NCBI GenBank assembly: GCA_964016885.1
Contig: OZ024754.1
Span: 44,826,001 to 44,890,000 of the forward strand
Direction of reading: 5' to 3'
Origin: Eledone cirrhosa
Taxonomy: Eukaryota
Length of the DNA: 64,000 bases
The notes under the pieces are model-generated. The model searched no databases. It had not been told where the DNA came from and was given only the letters and a program-made list of their open reading frames with translations. This document shows positions 1 through 14,770 of the stretch, one piece after another; the stretch's first letter is position 1; the number at the start of each line of letters is the position of its first letter. A program made the translations under genes and the position numbers.

Positions 1-422
1 AAATATATATATATATATATAATGTATATATACGTAATATATACATAAATATATACGTGTATACACACATAGGTATATATGTGTGTATTTATGTGCATAT
101 GTATGCTCAGTTCGTCTACATGTATATATATTTACGTGTCCAGGCATATATTAAGGAAAGTTGACACACAAAGAAGAACTTAATTCAAATAGTTTTGAAA
201 CAACAACACCCACTGTTGTTCCTCACACTACACTTTTTATAATGGCGTCGACTACGGTTATATCTGTTAGCTAGACAGGGAAACACACGCAGATATACAC
301 ACCTAATATATACACACATGTATCCACATAAATTTATATATATATATATAAAGCGTGAAACTAATAAGACTTTTTGTACCTCTGTTTGTTGTCTCCTTGA
401 ACTGTATATATATATATATATA

Positions 423-517
<95 letters not shown>

Positions 518-529
518 TAAATATATAAA

Positions 530-584
<55 letters not shown>

Positions 585-948
585 AAATTTTACATATATA
601 TATATATACCACAAACAAAACAACACACTACCTACACACAAACACACATACACACCACATACATACACTCACATACGCACACAAACACATACATATACTC
701 ACATACATTTACAGGGCCCATACATATACTCACTTCGAGAAAAAAAAAAGGTTGAGATTGTGAAAGGGCCGGTGGGGGGTTGACAACAACAACAACGATA
801 TAAAAGAATAAGGGGTAAAACAGTAATAAAACAACAACACAACATATCGTGTTTTGCTGTGGGTGTGAAGTGGATAATGAAATTTTCTGGAAAAAGTGAG
901 AGAGAAAGAGAGAGAGAGAAGAGTACTGTGACACCCACACATGCTCAA

Positions 949-979
<31 letters not shown>

Positions 980-1041
980 CATATATGTGTGTGGAGGGGG
1001 GGGGGTGAAAACGCATACAGAAATAACAAGGCAAACAGTAC

Positions 1042-1091
<50 letters not shown>

Positions 1092-1114
1092 CAGTGAGAG
1101 AGAGACACAGAGAA

Positions 1115-1158
<44 letters not shown>

Positions 1159-2051
1159 ATGAGAGAGAGAGAGAAAGAGAGGGAGAGAGAGAGAGGGGGG
1201 AGGGGACGAGAATATGGATTATAGCGAAAATGACAAACTTCAAGATAAAAGACTCCAATGAACATTTTTTATGTTGATGTTGTTGTTGCTATTGTTGTTG
1301 TTGTTGCTATTGTTGTTGTTGTTGCTATTGTTGTTGTTGCTATTGTTGTTGTTGTTGTTGTTGTTGCTATTGTTGTTGTTGCTATTGTTGTTGTTGTTGT
1401 TGTTGCTATCGTTGTTGTTGTTGCTATTGTTGTTGTTAGTTGTTGCTATCGTTGTTGTTGCTATTGTTGTTGTTGTTGCTATCGTTGTTGTTGTTGCTAT
1501 TGTTGTTGTTGTTGCTACCGTTGTTGTTGTTGCTATCGTTGTTGTTGTTGCTATTGTTGTTGTTGTTGTTGCTATTGCTGTTGTTGTTGTTGCTATTGTT
1601 GTTGTTGTTGTTGCTATCGTTGTTGTTGTTGCTATTGTTGTTGTTGATGATTTTGTTGTTGTTCTTGTTGATGTTGTTGGTAGCAGTGTTGTTGATGTTG
1701 ATAGTAGTGTTGTTGTTGTAGGTGGTGTCATCATCTTGTTTTTGCTGTTGTTGTTGTTACTGTTATGGTGGTGTTGCTATTGTAGGTGTTGTTGTTGTTG
1801 TTGTTACTGTTATGGTGGTGTTGCTATTGTAGGTGTTGTTGTTGTTGTTGTTACTGTTATGGTGGTGTTGCTATTGTAGGTGTTGTTGTTGCTGCTGTTC
1901 ACAGTGGTGTCGGGATGTTGTTGTTATTCAGGATGATAATGATGATGGTTATGGTAAGGTCCCGAAACTCCTGATAGTGTGGTAGGGGCGCCGTATTGAC
2001 ACACTGCGTTTCTTGGGTATTTAAAACCTGGGGGACCCCACCCTTCTTCAG

Positions 2052-2246
2052 GCTTGATAAAATGCTTTGTAGCATTTAGTAATGGCCCTTTACGTTTTCT
2101 GTTCCAATCCCGCCGAGATCAACTTCGCTTTTCATTCTTCTGGGGGATGAGGTCGATAAAAATAAAGTACCAGTAATTCACTAGGGTCGATTTAATCGAT
2201 TTCCTCCTCCCCTCTAAATTGCTGGCCTTGTGCTTATAGAAGAAAT
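2052..2246 (+). mobile_element. Same SINE family, older long-tail variant
   Basis: Degenerate B-box gttccaatccc and body, plus an extra tagggtcgatttaatcgatttcctcctcccctct segment before gctggccttgtgc. Confidence 0.8.
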
Positions 2247-2573
2247 CATTATTATTTTTTCTTCATGTTGGCCCTTGTGGCCAATAAAGAAACATTTATT
2301 ATTATTATTATTATAGTTGTATTTATCTTGCTTTATGTTCATACGAGTTATCACCAAGTCACAACCAGTGACCTCAAGAGACAACAAGGTCCGCCATGTT
2401 CAAGAAAGATCATACATACACCCACATGCATCTTTAGGTGTTTAGACTTGTGATGTACTTATATTGACAGAATCTTCCTTAGTATATGGGCAGTTCCCAT
2501 TAGTACTATCTTTTGTATTTCTCCTATACGCGGGTTTCCTGGGATTTGCGATAAGTAATCATTATTATTATTA

Positions 2574-2973
2574 CTCTTCGGTGATGCCCTGATTAACCTT
2601 TTCAAATTTCATTTGAAAAGGAAAATCAGGGTAGAGAGGGAAGTGCTCTCTTCCCAGCATTTTGTTGAAAGATGGGTGAGAGAAGCAAGTATGGCCCGAG
2701 TGAATGGGCCTACTCTGAGTATGTGTCTGTAAATTAAAGGTGGAAAACTGGGAGAGGGCACTTGACCTGGTGGTCAGGGTCACTGTGGCCTTTTAATGGG
2801 CTTTCTCCACAAATGTCCCCCGGAAGTCATTGGGGAATTTTTCATTGTTATTTTTTGTTACATCCTGTTTTTGTTTTTTTTACACGCAGAAATGCCCATT
2901 TGTACCGTCCTGTGTTGTCCTGTACTGTCCTTAATGTCTACTTTATGTAAACCCTTGTGGTTAATAAAGAAAG
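2574..2973 (+). mobile_element. 5'-truncated Tx1/L1-like LINE (ORF2 C-terminus plus 3'UTR)
   Basis: 2574-2732 reads LFGDALINLFKFHLKRKIRVEREVLSSQHFVERWVREASMARVNGPTLSMCL*. 3'UTR ends cccttgtggttaataaagaaa. Flanked by (ATT)n on both sides. Same tail at about 2268-2292 and 23632-23660. Clade assignment from recall. Confidence 0.65.
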
Positions 2974-3019
<46 letters not shown>

Positions 3020-3323
3020 TTATCTTTCGCCTATGTTGTGTTTCTTTGTTAGAAAAATTAGAAGCAGGACCTCTGTGGTTGCTGCCAGGCCTGCGCACCT
3101 TTTTGTAGTGTATTTGTAGGGTTGTCGAAGTTATTTGATGTGATGACGGTGTAGTGGTACTGCAGCTATTTTGTAACTTACACAGTTGTTATTGTTATTC
3201 CCGTCTACCCAACTTCGCTGACGAGTTCTTCTTGGGTCGACCCGAACTTTTAGTAAATGACATCTACCAAAGATCTCGGGCAACGGGACCGAAACCTGAA
3301 CAGTTGGAATGTGAAGTGAACTT

Positions 3324-3354
<31 letters not shown>

Positions 3355-4362
3355 ATAAGAAAAGCATTTCAACCAATTGTAATTATAAATTACATAATTA
3401 TTGAACAATAACAGCAGGAGTAACAACAACAATAGAAAAAAAAATAATTCACACAAATATAACAACAACAATAACAACAATATGGTATTAGAAATTATAT
3501 AATAGCAATAATTGAAACTACAGCTATAACGACAACAATAATAACAATAATAATAACAATAATAATCAGCAAAAGGGTTAAGAAAAAATAATAATTTAAA
3601 AAAGTGAGATAACAAAATAACATTAATGAGAAGAAGAAGAAGAAGAAGAAGAAGAAGAAGAAGAAGAAGAAGAAGAAGAAGAAGAAGAAGAAGAAGAAGA
3701 AGAAGAAGAAGAAGAAGAAGAAGAAGAAGAAAAGAAGAAAAAGAAGAAGAAGAAGAAGAAGAAGAAGAAGGAGAAGAAGAAGAAGAAGAAGAAGAAGAAG
3801 AAGAAGAAGAAGAAGAAGAAGAAAGTTATATTCATTATTATTTTTTAAAATAAATCTCTGTATAAAACAATCATTATAAGCCGTCTCCGATGACTATGTC
3901 TGGCCTTCTGATTGAAATAATTTTCATCTGCAAATATTTAAGTCTCAATATAGCTGTAATAACGACTGATTAAGGTGGTAATGAAGTTCTAGAGAAGGGA
4001 AATAATCAGTAGTAATAACACCACCACCTCCTCCACAGTCACCACTACCACACCCTCCTCCACTGCTTCTGACACCAACACCACCATCAACACCACCACT
4101 ACACCACCAACCACAACACCCACCACCACAACCATCGCCACCACCACTACAACCATCACCACCACCATCACATCCACTGCTAAGACCACCACCACCACCA
4201 CCACCACCACCACCACCACGACAGAACCTAAATGGACGTAACTCTACGCCTCTAAGCATTTTCTGGAAGTAGTAGTAGTAGTAGCAGTAGCAGTAGTAGT
4301 AGTAGTAGTAGTAGCAGTAGTAGTAGTAGTAGTATTAGTAGCAAGAGAAGTATTATTAGCAA

Positions 4363-4410
<48 letters not shown>

Positions 4411-4536
4411 CAAGAGAAGTAGTAGTAGCAATAGTAGTAGTAGCAGTTGTAGTAATAGTAGTAGTAGTTGTAGTAGTAGTAGTAGTAGTTGTAGTAGTAG
4501 TAGTAGTAGTAGTAGCAAGAGAAGTAGTAGTAGCAA

Positions 4537-4584
<48 letters not shown>

Positions 4585-4737
4585 TAGCAGTAGTAGTAGT
4601 AGTAGTAGATGTTGTAGTTTATTGTCTTCTGTATCATCACCAATACCACCACCACTACTGCTACTACCACCACCACTACTACCACCACCACCTCCACCAC
4701 CACCACCACTACTACTACTACCACCACCACCACCACG

Positions 4738-4799
<62 letters not shown>

Positions 4800-6201
4800 C
4801 AGCACCGCTATTTTCATTTTCATCATCAATTTTTTATCATCTGTTGTTGTTGTTGTTATTGTTGTTGTGATATTCGTTTTTTCAGTTTCATTATGGAATC
4901 ACTGTATTAATTTGCGCTGTCTTCTTTCTCTACTTCTTTTTTGTGATCACCGCCGCCATCAACATCATCATCACCACCATCACCACCACCACCACCATCA
5001 TCATCACCACCATCATCACCACCACCATCCCCATCACCACTATCACCATCCCCATCACCACCGCCATCCCCATCACCGCCACCACAATCCCCATCATCAC
5101 CACCACCACCACCAGCACCACCATCACCACCACCACCATCACCACCACCACTACCATCCCCATCACCACCATCCCCACAACCACCACCACCATCCACATC
5201 CCCATCACCACCATCACCACCACCACCACCATCCCCATCACCATCACCACCACCACCACCACCACCAACACCATCCCCATCATCACCATCATCACCACCA
5301 CCACCACCATAATCATTGTTATTATTATTATTATTTAAATTAGATAATTTCCCCCTCATTAGCAGGCCGTGTGTCTCTACACCACAGTAATTGCTTTTGT
5401 AATTGTTAGTTTTTCCACATATTCCTGTTTACACAGACCCCACCTCACACATATACACAGGTAGATACACACACACACATACACACACATACATACACAC
5501 ATACATACACATAGACACATACACACACTCACACATACACACACATACATACACATACATACACACATACATACACATAGACACATACACACACTCACAC
5601 ACACACACATACACACACATACATACACACACATACATACACACACATACATACTCACACACACACACATACACACACATACATACACACATACATACAC
5701 ATAGACACATACACACACTCACACACACACACACATACACACACATACATACACACACATACATACACACACATACATACTCACACACACACACATACAC
5801 ACACATACATACACACATACATACACATAGACACATACACACACTCACACACACACACATACACACACATACATACACACACATACATACACACACATAC
5901 ATACTCACACACACACACATACACACACATACATACACACATACATACACATAGACACATACACACACTCACACACACACACATACGCACACATACATAC
6001 ACACACATACATACACACACATACATACTCACACACACACACATACACACACATACATACACACATACATACACATAGACACATACACACACTCACACAC
6101 ACACACATACACACACATACATACACACACATACATACACACACATACATACTCACACATACACACATACACACATACACACACACATATATATATATAT
6201 A

Positions 6202-6232
<31 letters not shown>

Positions 6233-6592
6233 GTGTGTATATATAGATAGCTAGATATAGATATTTCCATGAAGAATGTGTGTCTGTGTGTGTGTGTGTA
6301 TGTGTGTGAGAGGTGTGTCCATGTGTGTGTGTTGTGTATTGTATATACTGTAAGTCTATATAAACCTCACAAACAAATCCATTGTTTGTGAGGTTTCTTT
6401 GTCTATTTAGACATTTCATTAATCATAAGAATTTACTGGAGTGCTACCTTTGATGTCTTCCTAGCATGGAGAATGGAGTTCCATGGAATTAAGGAGAATC
6501 ATTAGTAAATAACTTAAAGACACAACTACACAACTACAACAACAATAACAACAATTAAACAATGATAGTCTCTACGTGGTCGTACCCTTGGC

Positions 6593-7040
6593 AGTGGAGA
6601 CTTCTGGTGTCCTTACTACTTACCACCATAGGCGCTGAGTTGACTACTCCTACAGTGGAGACTTCTGGTGTCCTTGACCCTAGGGCTACCTCCCTACTTA
6701 CCACCACAGGCGCTGAGCTGGCTACCCTTAGCTGTGGAGACTTCTGATATCCTTGATCCTAGGGCTACTTCCCTACTTACCACCATAGGCGCTGAGTTGA
6801 CTACCCCTACAGTGGAGACTTCTGGTGTCCTTGACCTAGGGCTACCTCCCTACTTACCACCATAGGCGCTGAGCTGGCTACCCCTAGTTGTGGAGACTTC
6901 CGATATCCTTGATCCTTGGGCTACCTCCCTACTTACCACCATAGGCGCTGAGCTGGCTACCCCTAGCTGTGGAGACTTCCGGTATCCTTGATCCTTGGGC
7001 TACCTCCCTACTTACCACCATAGGCACTGAGCTGGCTAGC
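6593..7040. repeat. About 78-bp tandem repeat, about 6 copies
   Basis: gtggagacttctggtgtccttgaccctagggctacctccctacttaccaccataggcgctgag... repeated. Confidence 0.92.
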
Positions 7041-7104
7041 CGTAGGTGTGAGCCTCGCGAGATGGAATGGCTTTTCCAGCGCATCTCCCTTACATCCCCC
7101 GGGG

Positions 7105-7240
7105 GAAGTTTCCGTCTACCCAATTTCACTCATGAAGCTACTGTCTATCTGAGGCTATAGTAAATGACTTTTGCCCAACATACCATAGTGGGATTGAACC
7201 TGGAACCCAATAATTACGAAGCAAACGTCTTAACCATTCG
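7105..7240 (-). mobile_element. Third tRNA-derived SINE family; related fragments at about 3198-3325 (-), 15393-15475 (+), 34720-34810 (+)
   Basis: Minus strand tggttaagacg...ggttccaggttcaatcccac...ttgggcaa...gtgaaattgggtagacggaaac. Confidence 0.55.
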
Positions 7241-7334
7241 TCCATACTGCAACGATGGCCGTATTGAGAGAGAGTCTAGTATCTGTACGACATTCGTACT
7301 TCTGACCGTTTCATTACTATTGTTAGAGAGTCGT

Positions 7335-7440
7335 ACAAGTTATCTTGAGGTATATTCTCTAGCTTTTACCGCCTCAGTTCGAACTCCACCATGGTAAACT
7401 TTGCTTTTTATCCTTCCGAATTCGATAAAATAACACATCC
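7335..7440 (+). mobile_element. Degenerate SINE
   Basis: cagttcgaactccaccatggtaaactttgctttttatccttccgaattcgataaaataa resembles the SINE body. Confidence 0.6.
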
Positions 7441-7457
7441 GTTAATACTAGAGATGG

Positions 7458-7509
<52 letters not shown>

Positions 7510-8354
7510 GGTGGTGGTGGTGGTGAGATGGTCGTGGTGGTAGTAGTGGTGGTGGTGGTGATGATGAGATGGTCGTGTTGGTGATGGTGGTGGTGGTGGT
7601 GGTGATGAAGGGGTGCTGGCGAAGGCATTAGTGGTGGTGGTGGTGTTGGTGGTGGTAGTAGTTGTGATGAGGCTGGAGGTGGGGTGTTGGTGGTGCTGTT
7701 GATGGTGTTGGCGGCGGGGTGTTGGTGGTGGGGTGTTGATGGTGGTGTTGGTGGTGGTGTTGGTGGTGTTGGCGGTGGGGTGTTGGTGACGATGGCCGAC
7801 GAAGACTGTTGAATATTCATGAGGACTTTAGGCAAATGGACAGGTCAGTCGAGCAGCTTGGACAATATTGAATTTTAGTGGTCGTTACATTCCACAAGGT
7901 GATGTGGTGGTGGTGGTGGTGGTGGTGGTGGTGGTGGTGGTGGTGTTGGTGGTGGTATGGAGTAGATGATGATGATGATGGTGGGAGTGCGGGTGCGGGT
8001 GTTATGGTGTAGATGGTGGTGGTGGTGGAGGTGGTGTTGGTGGTGGTGGTGGTAGTTGTGGTGGTGGTGGTGGTGGTGGTGGTGGCGGTGGTTGTGGTGG
8101 TGGTGTGGTGGTGGCGATGGTGGTGACGATGATGATGATGATGATGATATGAACGACAATTGTGTTGATAGCGAGACGAAATGAATGAGATTACAAATGG
8201 CAGAGAGAGAGGGAGAGAGAGAGAGGGGGGCGAGGAGGGGGGGGGGGAGAAAGACACAGAGAAAGGGGTGGGGTAGGTAAAAATAAACAGAGAGAAAGAA
8301 AGTGAGTAAAACAAAGAGATATCAAACGAAGGAAAAGAAGTTAAGTTATATATT

Positions 8355-8430
<76 letters not shown>

Positions 8431-8434
8431 CATG

Positions 8435-8520
<86 letters not shown>

Positions 8521-8590
8521 TATGTATTCTGTAGTTTTTGATATGTATTTTTCGTCTCAACTTATTCTTTTCCTTCTTCAACCACCACCA

Positions 8591-8630
<40 letters not shown>

Positions 8631-9135
8631 CACTACCACTACTACTACCACCACCACCACTACTACTACTAGTACTACTACTACCACCACCACCACCACC
8701 ACCACTACTACAGTTTTCCCTCTCTTTCCTTCCTCTTCTGTTATATTCTTCTTTTCATTTACTCTTCAATTTCTCTCCTTCCAAAAGCAATCCACCATTT
8801 CCATATCATCATCATCATCACCGCCATCATCATCACCATCACCACCACCATCATCACCATCACCATCATCATCATCATTGTTATTATCATTTATTACTAG
8901 TATTATCATTATTACTATTATTATTGCCATTACTGTTATTGTGTTTTTACCATGAACTTTTCCGTTGGCGTTCAGAGAGAAATACAGCGACGCGTTCAGC
9001 GTTCAGATTGGCAGAAAAACGCTGGCCGAAGCACAATTAGCTTGTTTCGACTCTAGGTCAGTTAGGTCACCATCTTGGCTTCTGGGCGAGTGATCTTTTT
9101 GATTGAGGTTGGCCACATCACGATAAATGGCTCCG

Positions 9136-9246
<111 letters not shown>

Positions 9247-9268
9247 GATATATATATATATATATATA

Positions 9269-9360
<92 letters not shown>

Positions 9361-9862
9361 CAGCTACACATACACACAAACACACGCACTCAAACATACA
9401 CCCCCTGCATACAATCACACAAACATATATACATAAACTCAAGCACAAAATCATACAAACACGCATACAAATGCACACACAAACTTACACACACATGCAT
9501 ACACAACCACACACACAAACACACACATGTACACACAAACACACACGTACAAACACACACATGCACACACAACCACACATGCACACAGACAACCACAGAC
9601 AACCACACACACACATGCACACACAACCACACACACACATGCACACACACACACGCGCACACACACAACCACACACAAACGTACAAGCATATCATGTGAT
9701 AAACAGAGTATGTTTTGAAGGCAGTTGCCACAGTGAAACGGACAAACAAGAAACATGCAACTATTGACCTTAATGTTGCTTTTAAAACTCTCCAGAACTA
9801 ACTTCATTCGTAAAGAAATGTCAGGACCAGGCAAATAATAGCTGATTATATGGAAACTACAT

Positions 9863-9935
<73 letters not shown>

Positions 9936-10000
9936 CAAACGCACATTTTTACTCAGTGTCGGTTAGGCACCTGAAATAAATTTGAATATATTATTTACTT

Positions 10001-10069
<69 letters not shown>

Positions 10070-10384
10070 TGTATATATATAAAGGTCTGTATGTATGTGT
10101 GTGTGTGTAGGTCTGTCTGTGCAATTTCATAGTCCGTTAGTCACAATACATCAGAACTTAAAAAATTCATACTTAGCTGAACAATTTTCTGATGACAAAT
10201 TCCAGTAATTCTTAGAATAGTAGGTAAGGCAGCTAAAATATTTGTGTAATTCTGGTATTACATTGAGTTTTCAGTAAATTACAAAGGACATAACTCGTTA
10301 CATATAATTATTATTGGAGATGAGCTATATCTCGTTAGTTGTTAAATAGAGAGCGTGTCCATGTTTCACTTCCATATAGTAAGA

Positions 10385-10742
10385 TTGGTGAAGCATGGAC
10401 GCTTTCCTTCCAAATAACAAAAGCACCTTGATGGACACTCGCCAACTTCGACGGATTCAGAACATAAGTTGGCGACATCTGACTTAATCATCAGCCTCCC
10501 ACGTATATCTGTCGTACATAAAAGGAGAGTAAGATTTCCTGGCCACTGCCGTCGTGCCAACTCTGACTCTGTGCTTTGGAGATAACAAGCAGTCACTAAT
10601 AACAGGGGGCACTAGCTCTCCTATCCCGATGTCATCTCCAGAGATTCTGGTATTGAAATCCAGGACTTGGCAACGGCAATGAACGACAGACCCACGTGGA
10701 GATCAATTGTTGAGTCGATGTCGGCTGTGGCCGCCGGATGAC
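10385..10742 (+). mobile_element. Decayed RTE-like non-LTR retrotransposon 3' end
   Basis: Frameshifted peptides GEAWTLS..KHLDG..RRIQNISWRH..RRVRFPGHCRRA..SYPDVISRDSGIEIQDLATAMNDRPTWRSIV, typical of the RTE-group post-RT C-terminus. Internal stops present. Confidence 0.75.
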
Positions 10743-10971
10743 AATCGATGATATATAGAGAGCAAACTTCATACATGCCTCACATATTTTACAATGAATT
10801 TATAGGTATTAGACTTTACTAAATGCTTGCCTAATCTGATTTAGTTCGAACAATCACCTCTAACTTATAATATATACATAATTAGGGAAGAAAGAATGAG
10901 TGTTGCATCATATACATATTTAATTACATATTACATATGTTTCACTGCCGATCAGCTCGAGGAACGATCGC

Positions 10972-12160
10972 TATCACCACCACCATCACCATCATCATCA
11001 CCATCACCATCATCATCACCCTCACCATCATCCCCATCACTATCACCACTCCATCGCCATCACCATCACCATCACCATCGCCATCACCATCACCATCATC
11101 GCTATCTTCAATATCATATACATCATCATCATCACCATCACCATCACCACCCCCATTGCCATCACCATCACCATCACCACCCCCACCTACATCACCATCA
11201 TCCCCATCACCATCACCATCACCATCACCATCACCATCACCACCGCCATCACCATCACCATCACCATCACCACCGCCATCACCATCACCATCACCACCGC
11301 CATCACCATCACCATCACCATCACCACCTCCATCACCATCACCACCGCCATCACCATCACCATCACCACCGCCATCACCATCACCACTGCCATCACCATC
11401 ACCACCGCCATCACCATCACCATCACCACCGCCATCACCATCACCACCGCCATCACCATCACCACCGCCATCACCATCACCACCGCCATCACCATCACCA
11501 TCACCATCACCACCGCCATCACCATCACCATCACCATCACCACCGCCATCACCATCACCATCACCACCGCCATCACCATCACCATCACCATCACCATCAC
11601 CACCTCCATCACCATCACCATCACCACCGCCATCACCATCACCATCACCACCGCCATCACCATCACCACCGCCATCACCATCACCACTGCCATCACCATC
11701 ACCACCGCCATCACCATCACCACCGCCATCACCATCACCATCACCACCGCCATCACCACCGCCATCACCATCACCATCACCACCGCCATCACCATCACCA
11801 CCACCATCACCATCGCCACCACCATCACCACCGCCATCACCATCACCACCGCCATCACCATCACCACTGCCATCACCATCACCACCGCCATCGCCATCAC
11901 CATCACCATCACCATCACCATCACCACCACCATCACCACCGCCATCACCATCACCACCGCCATCACCACCGCCATCACCATCACCATCACCACCGCCATC
12001 ACCATCACCACCACCATCATCACCGCCATCACCATCATCACCGCCATCATCACCGCCATCACCATCATCACCGCCATCACCATCACCATCACCACCGCCA
12101 CCGCCATCACCACCGCCATCACCATCATCACCATCACCATCACCATCACCATCATCGCTA
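10972..12160. repeat. Long compound (CAT/CAC/CGC)n microsatellite
   Basis: About 1.2 kb of catcac/ccgccat units. Representative of many (TA)n, (CA)n, (GA)n, (TAG)n, (TTG)n and (AAG)n tracts, e.g. 1270-1900, 3628-3823, 4268-4800, 5465-6190, 22400-22820, 23262-23587, 51385-51800. Confidence 0.95.
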
Positions 12161-12469
12161 TCGTCAACATCACACACATCATCCTTTTCACACCGTCTTC
12201 ATCCCCGCCGTCTATTTGACATCTCTATAACAACATCATCATATTTTACTTCTAATACTTTACATTGAACAGCTTAATGGCTTATCTCCCCATTTCATTG
12301 CTTCCTAACACCTCCGATAGAGGTCGCCATACAAGATAACAAGCAATTATGTTGCCCTCCTAATGTTAAAAGATGAATATATAAATTGCCACTCGCTATT
12401 TTATATTTTATGTAGTTGCTTTTTTATGTATGTATAGGGTTGTGTCTGTGGGTGTGTTTATGTGTGTAT

Positions 12470-12501
<32 letters not shown>

Positions 12502-12552
12502 GTGTGTGTATATATGTAGATATGTGTTCATATATATATGTATGTATATGTA

Positions 12553-12587
<35 letters not shown>

Positions 12588-12654
12588 GTATACATATATA
12601 TATATATATATATATATGAATATATATATATGTGTATATATATGTATATGTATT

Positions 12655-12716
<62 letters not shown>

Positions 12717-12764
12717 CACATATATGTATATATATATGTACATATGTGTATGTGTGTGTGTATC

Positions 12765-12824
<60 letters not shown>

Positions 12825-12883
12825 CTGCGGTGCAATGGGCGATAAGATCAAAAATCAGAATATACATATATGTATATATGCAT

Positions 12884-12999
<116 letters not shown>

Positions 13000-13166
13000 G
13001 TGTGTATATGTGTGTGTATGTATATATATATATATGTGTGGGCGAGCCTTTGTGTAGTTATGTCTGTTATGTTAATATGGATGCTAGCATCTTTAAGAAC
13101 TCTATATATAGTGTTAGAATCGATTCCCCTACATACATTAATAAACGTAGACTTAAACACACACAC

Positions 13167-13225
<59 letters not shown>

Positions 13226-13469
13226 ATATTTTTCTTCTGTTTTTCAGTCATCCACTTTCGAAGATGAAGTATTCATTTTGCCGTTTCTAATGTCTAGAAT
13301 ATACGTGGCTCGCCCCAGCCACTTACTCAGAGATTTTGCCAACCCATTGTCGAATTAACAGTCGATCATCTGGGAAGCCGCTAATATCCACAACACCGAG
13401 GTCATCTAATTAAACTGATGGTCGTCACATGAGCTTCTGTTTACTATGAGACAAGCAGTAATTTTATCG

Positions 13470-13848
13470 AAGCTTACTCCTCTAGATCCGACCTGTTCTG
13501 CTAGAACTAATAACCTTATATAAACCTCAAGTGGTACCCACAATTGAGGACTCCTCCCTCCTCAAAGCTTACTCCTCTAGATCCGACATGTTCTACTAAA
13601 ACTAATAACCTTATATAAACCTCAAGTGGTACCCACAATTGAGGACTCCTCCCTCCTCAAAGCTTACTCCTCTAGATCCGACCTGTTCTGCTAGAACTAA
13701 TAACCTTATATAAACCTCAAGTGGTACCCACAATTGAGGACTCCTCCCTCCTCAAAGCTTACTCCTCTAGATCCGACATGTTCTACTAAAGCTAATAACC
13801 TTATATAAACCTCAAGTGGTACCCACAATTGAGGACTGCTCCCTCCTC
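13470..13848. repeat. 95-bp tandem repeat x4 (ABAB)
   Basis: agcttactcc starts at 13471, 13566, 13661 and 13756. Confidence 0.95.
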
Positions 13849-14157
13849 TGTGACTAAACTACTGCTACACATTCTAACATCTTAAAACGTATACAAAATA
13901 TTGTCCCCGTGGTTTATGTCTTTATTATCCTACACCACCCCACAAGAACTATCCCGACCATACTCTACAAACACAAATCAATGAGGGAGCCTCTATGTGG
14001 TCACTCGGTGCTAGAAATAGCAGTACTAAAATCTCTCAAATCACTCCTAATTTTATTAATGAAAAGACACGTTAGATATCTCTAAAATACGTGTTGGTCA
14101 TGGTTGGAGTACTTTTGACCACAGATCTACCCCACTATGGTTAACATGGGTGTACAC

Positions 14158-14499
14158 TAGAGATTCTCAAAGTGTGCGCTACCGCCACCCAGGGGCGTTG
14201 AGAAGGTCCAGGAGGTGCTGGTGTCTAGGGGTGGTGGGGAGTTAGAGATGATATAATAGTATATTAAATATCAAATGATACATATTATATATAAATATAG
14301 TAAAATATAAAATATATAATATTTATACCTAGAATATATTATATTATTTATTATATATAAATTAACGATTTTATTTATTATATATTATTTACAATTTGTG
14401 TGTAGGTAGGTCTCTCTGGAAATAGAGGTGGGGTACTGAGGGTATTACATGGCTGTGAGGAGGGTGGGGTGGTGGCCTAAAATGTTTGAGCACCTTCTG
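14158..14499 (+). mobile_element. hAT-like MITE, copy 1
   Basis: Ends tagagattctcaaa / tttgagcaccttctg, degenerate 8-bp TSD gtgtacac/atctaaac, AT-rich core. Inverted homolog at 36379-36727. Confidence 0.7.
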
Positions 14500-14580
14500 A
14501 TCTAAACAATACGTGTTGGTCATGGGTAGAGTGCTTTTGACCATATGTCTGCTCCAGTGTGGTTAACATGGTTATAAATA

Positions 14581-14770
14581 ATTGTTTCTATTTTTAGCAT
14601 AAAGCCAGCAATTACCCCAGTACATTACTGATGTTTTATTTTATCAACCCCTTAAGGATGAAAGGCAAGGATAACCTCGACGGGATTTGAACTCAGACGT
14701 AAAGGGTTATAACTCTATGCTGCAAAACATGGTATCTGACGCTCTACTGATACTGCCAATCCACCACCCT
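14581..14770 (-). mobile_element. SINE, short-tail subfamily
   Basis: Reverse complement of the 56820 consensus. TSD about ttataaataat. Confidence 0.85.

Noticed and set aside
7374-7835. Pro/Thr/His-rich minus-strand ORF that looks protein-like
   Set aside because: Mostly CCA/CAA repeats; its unique-looking C-terminus is an antisense SINE; no splice donor found.
10896-12268. Poly-His and extensin-like SP-repeat ORFs
   Set aside because: Compound trinucleotide microsatellite open in several frames on both strands.
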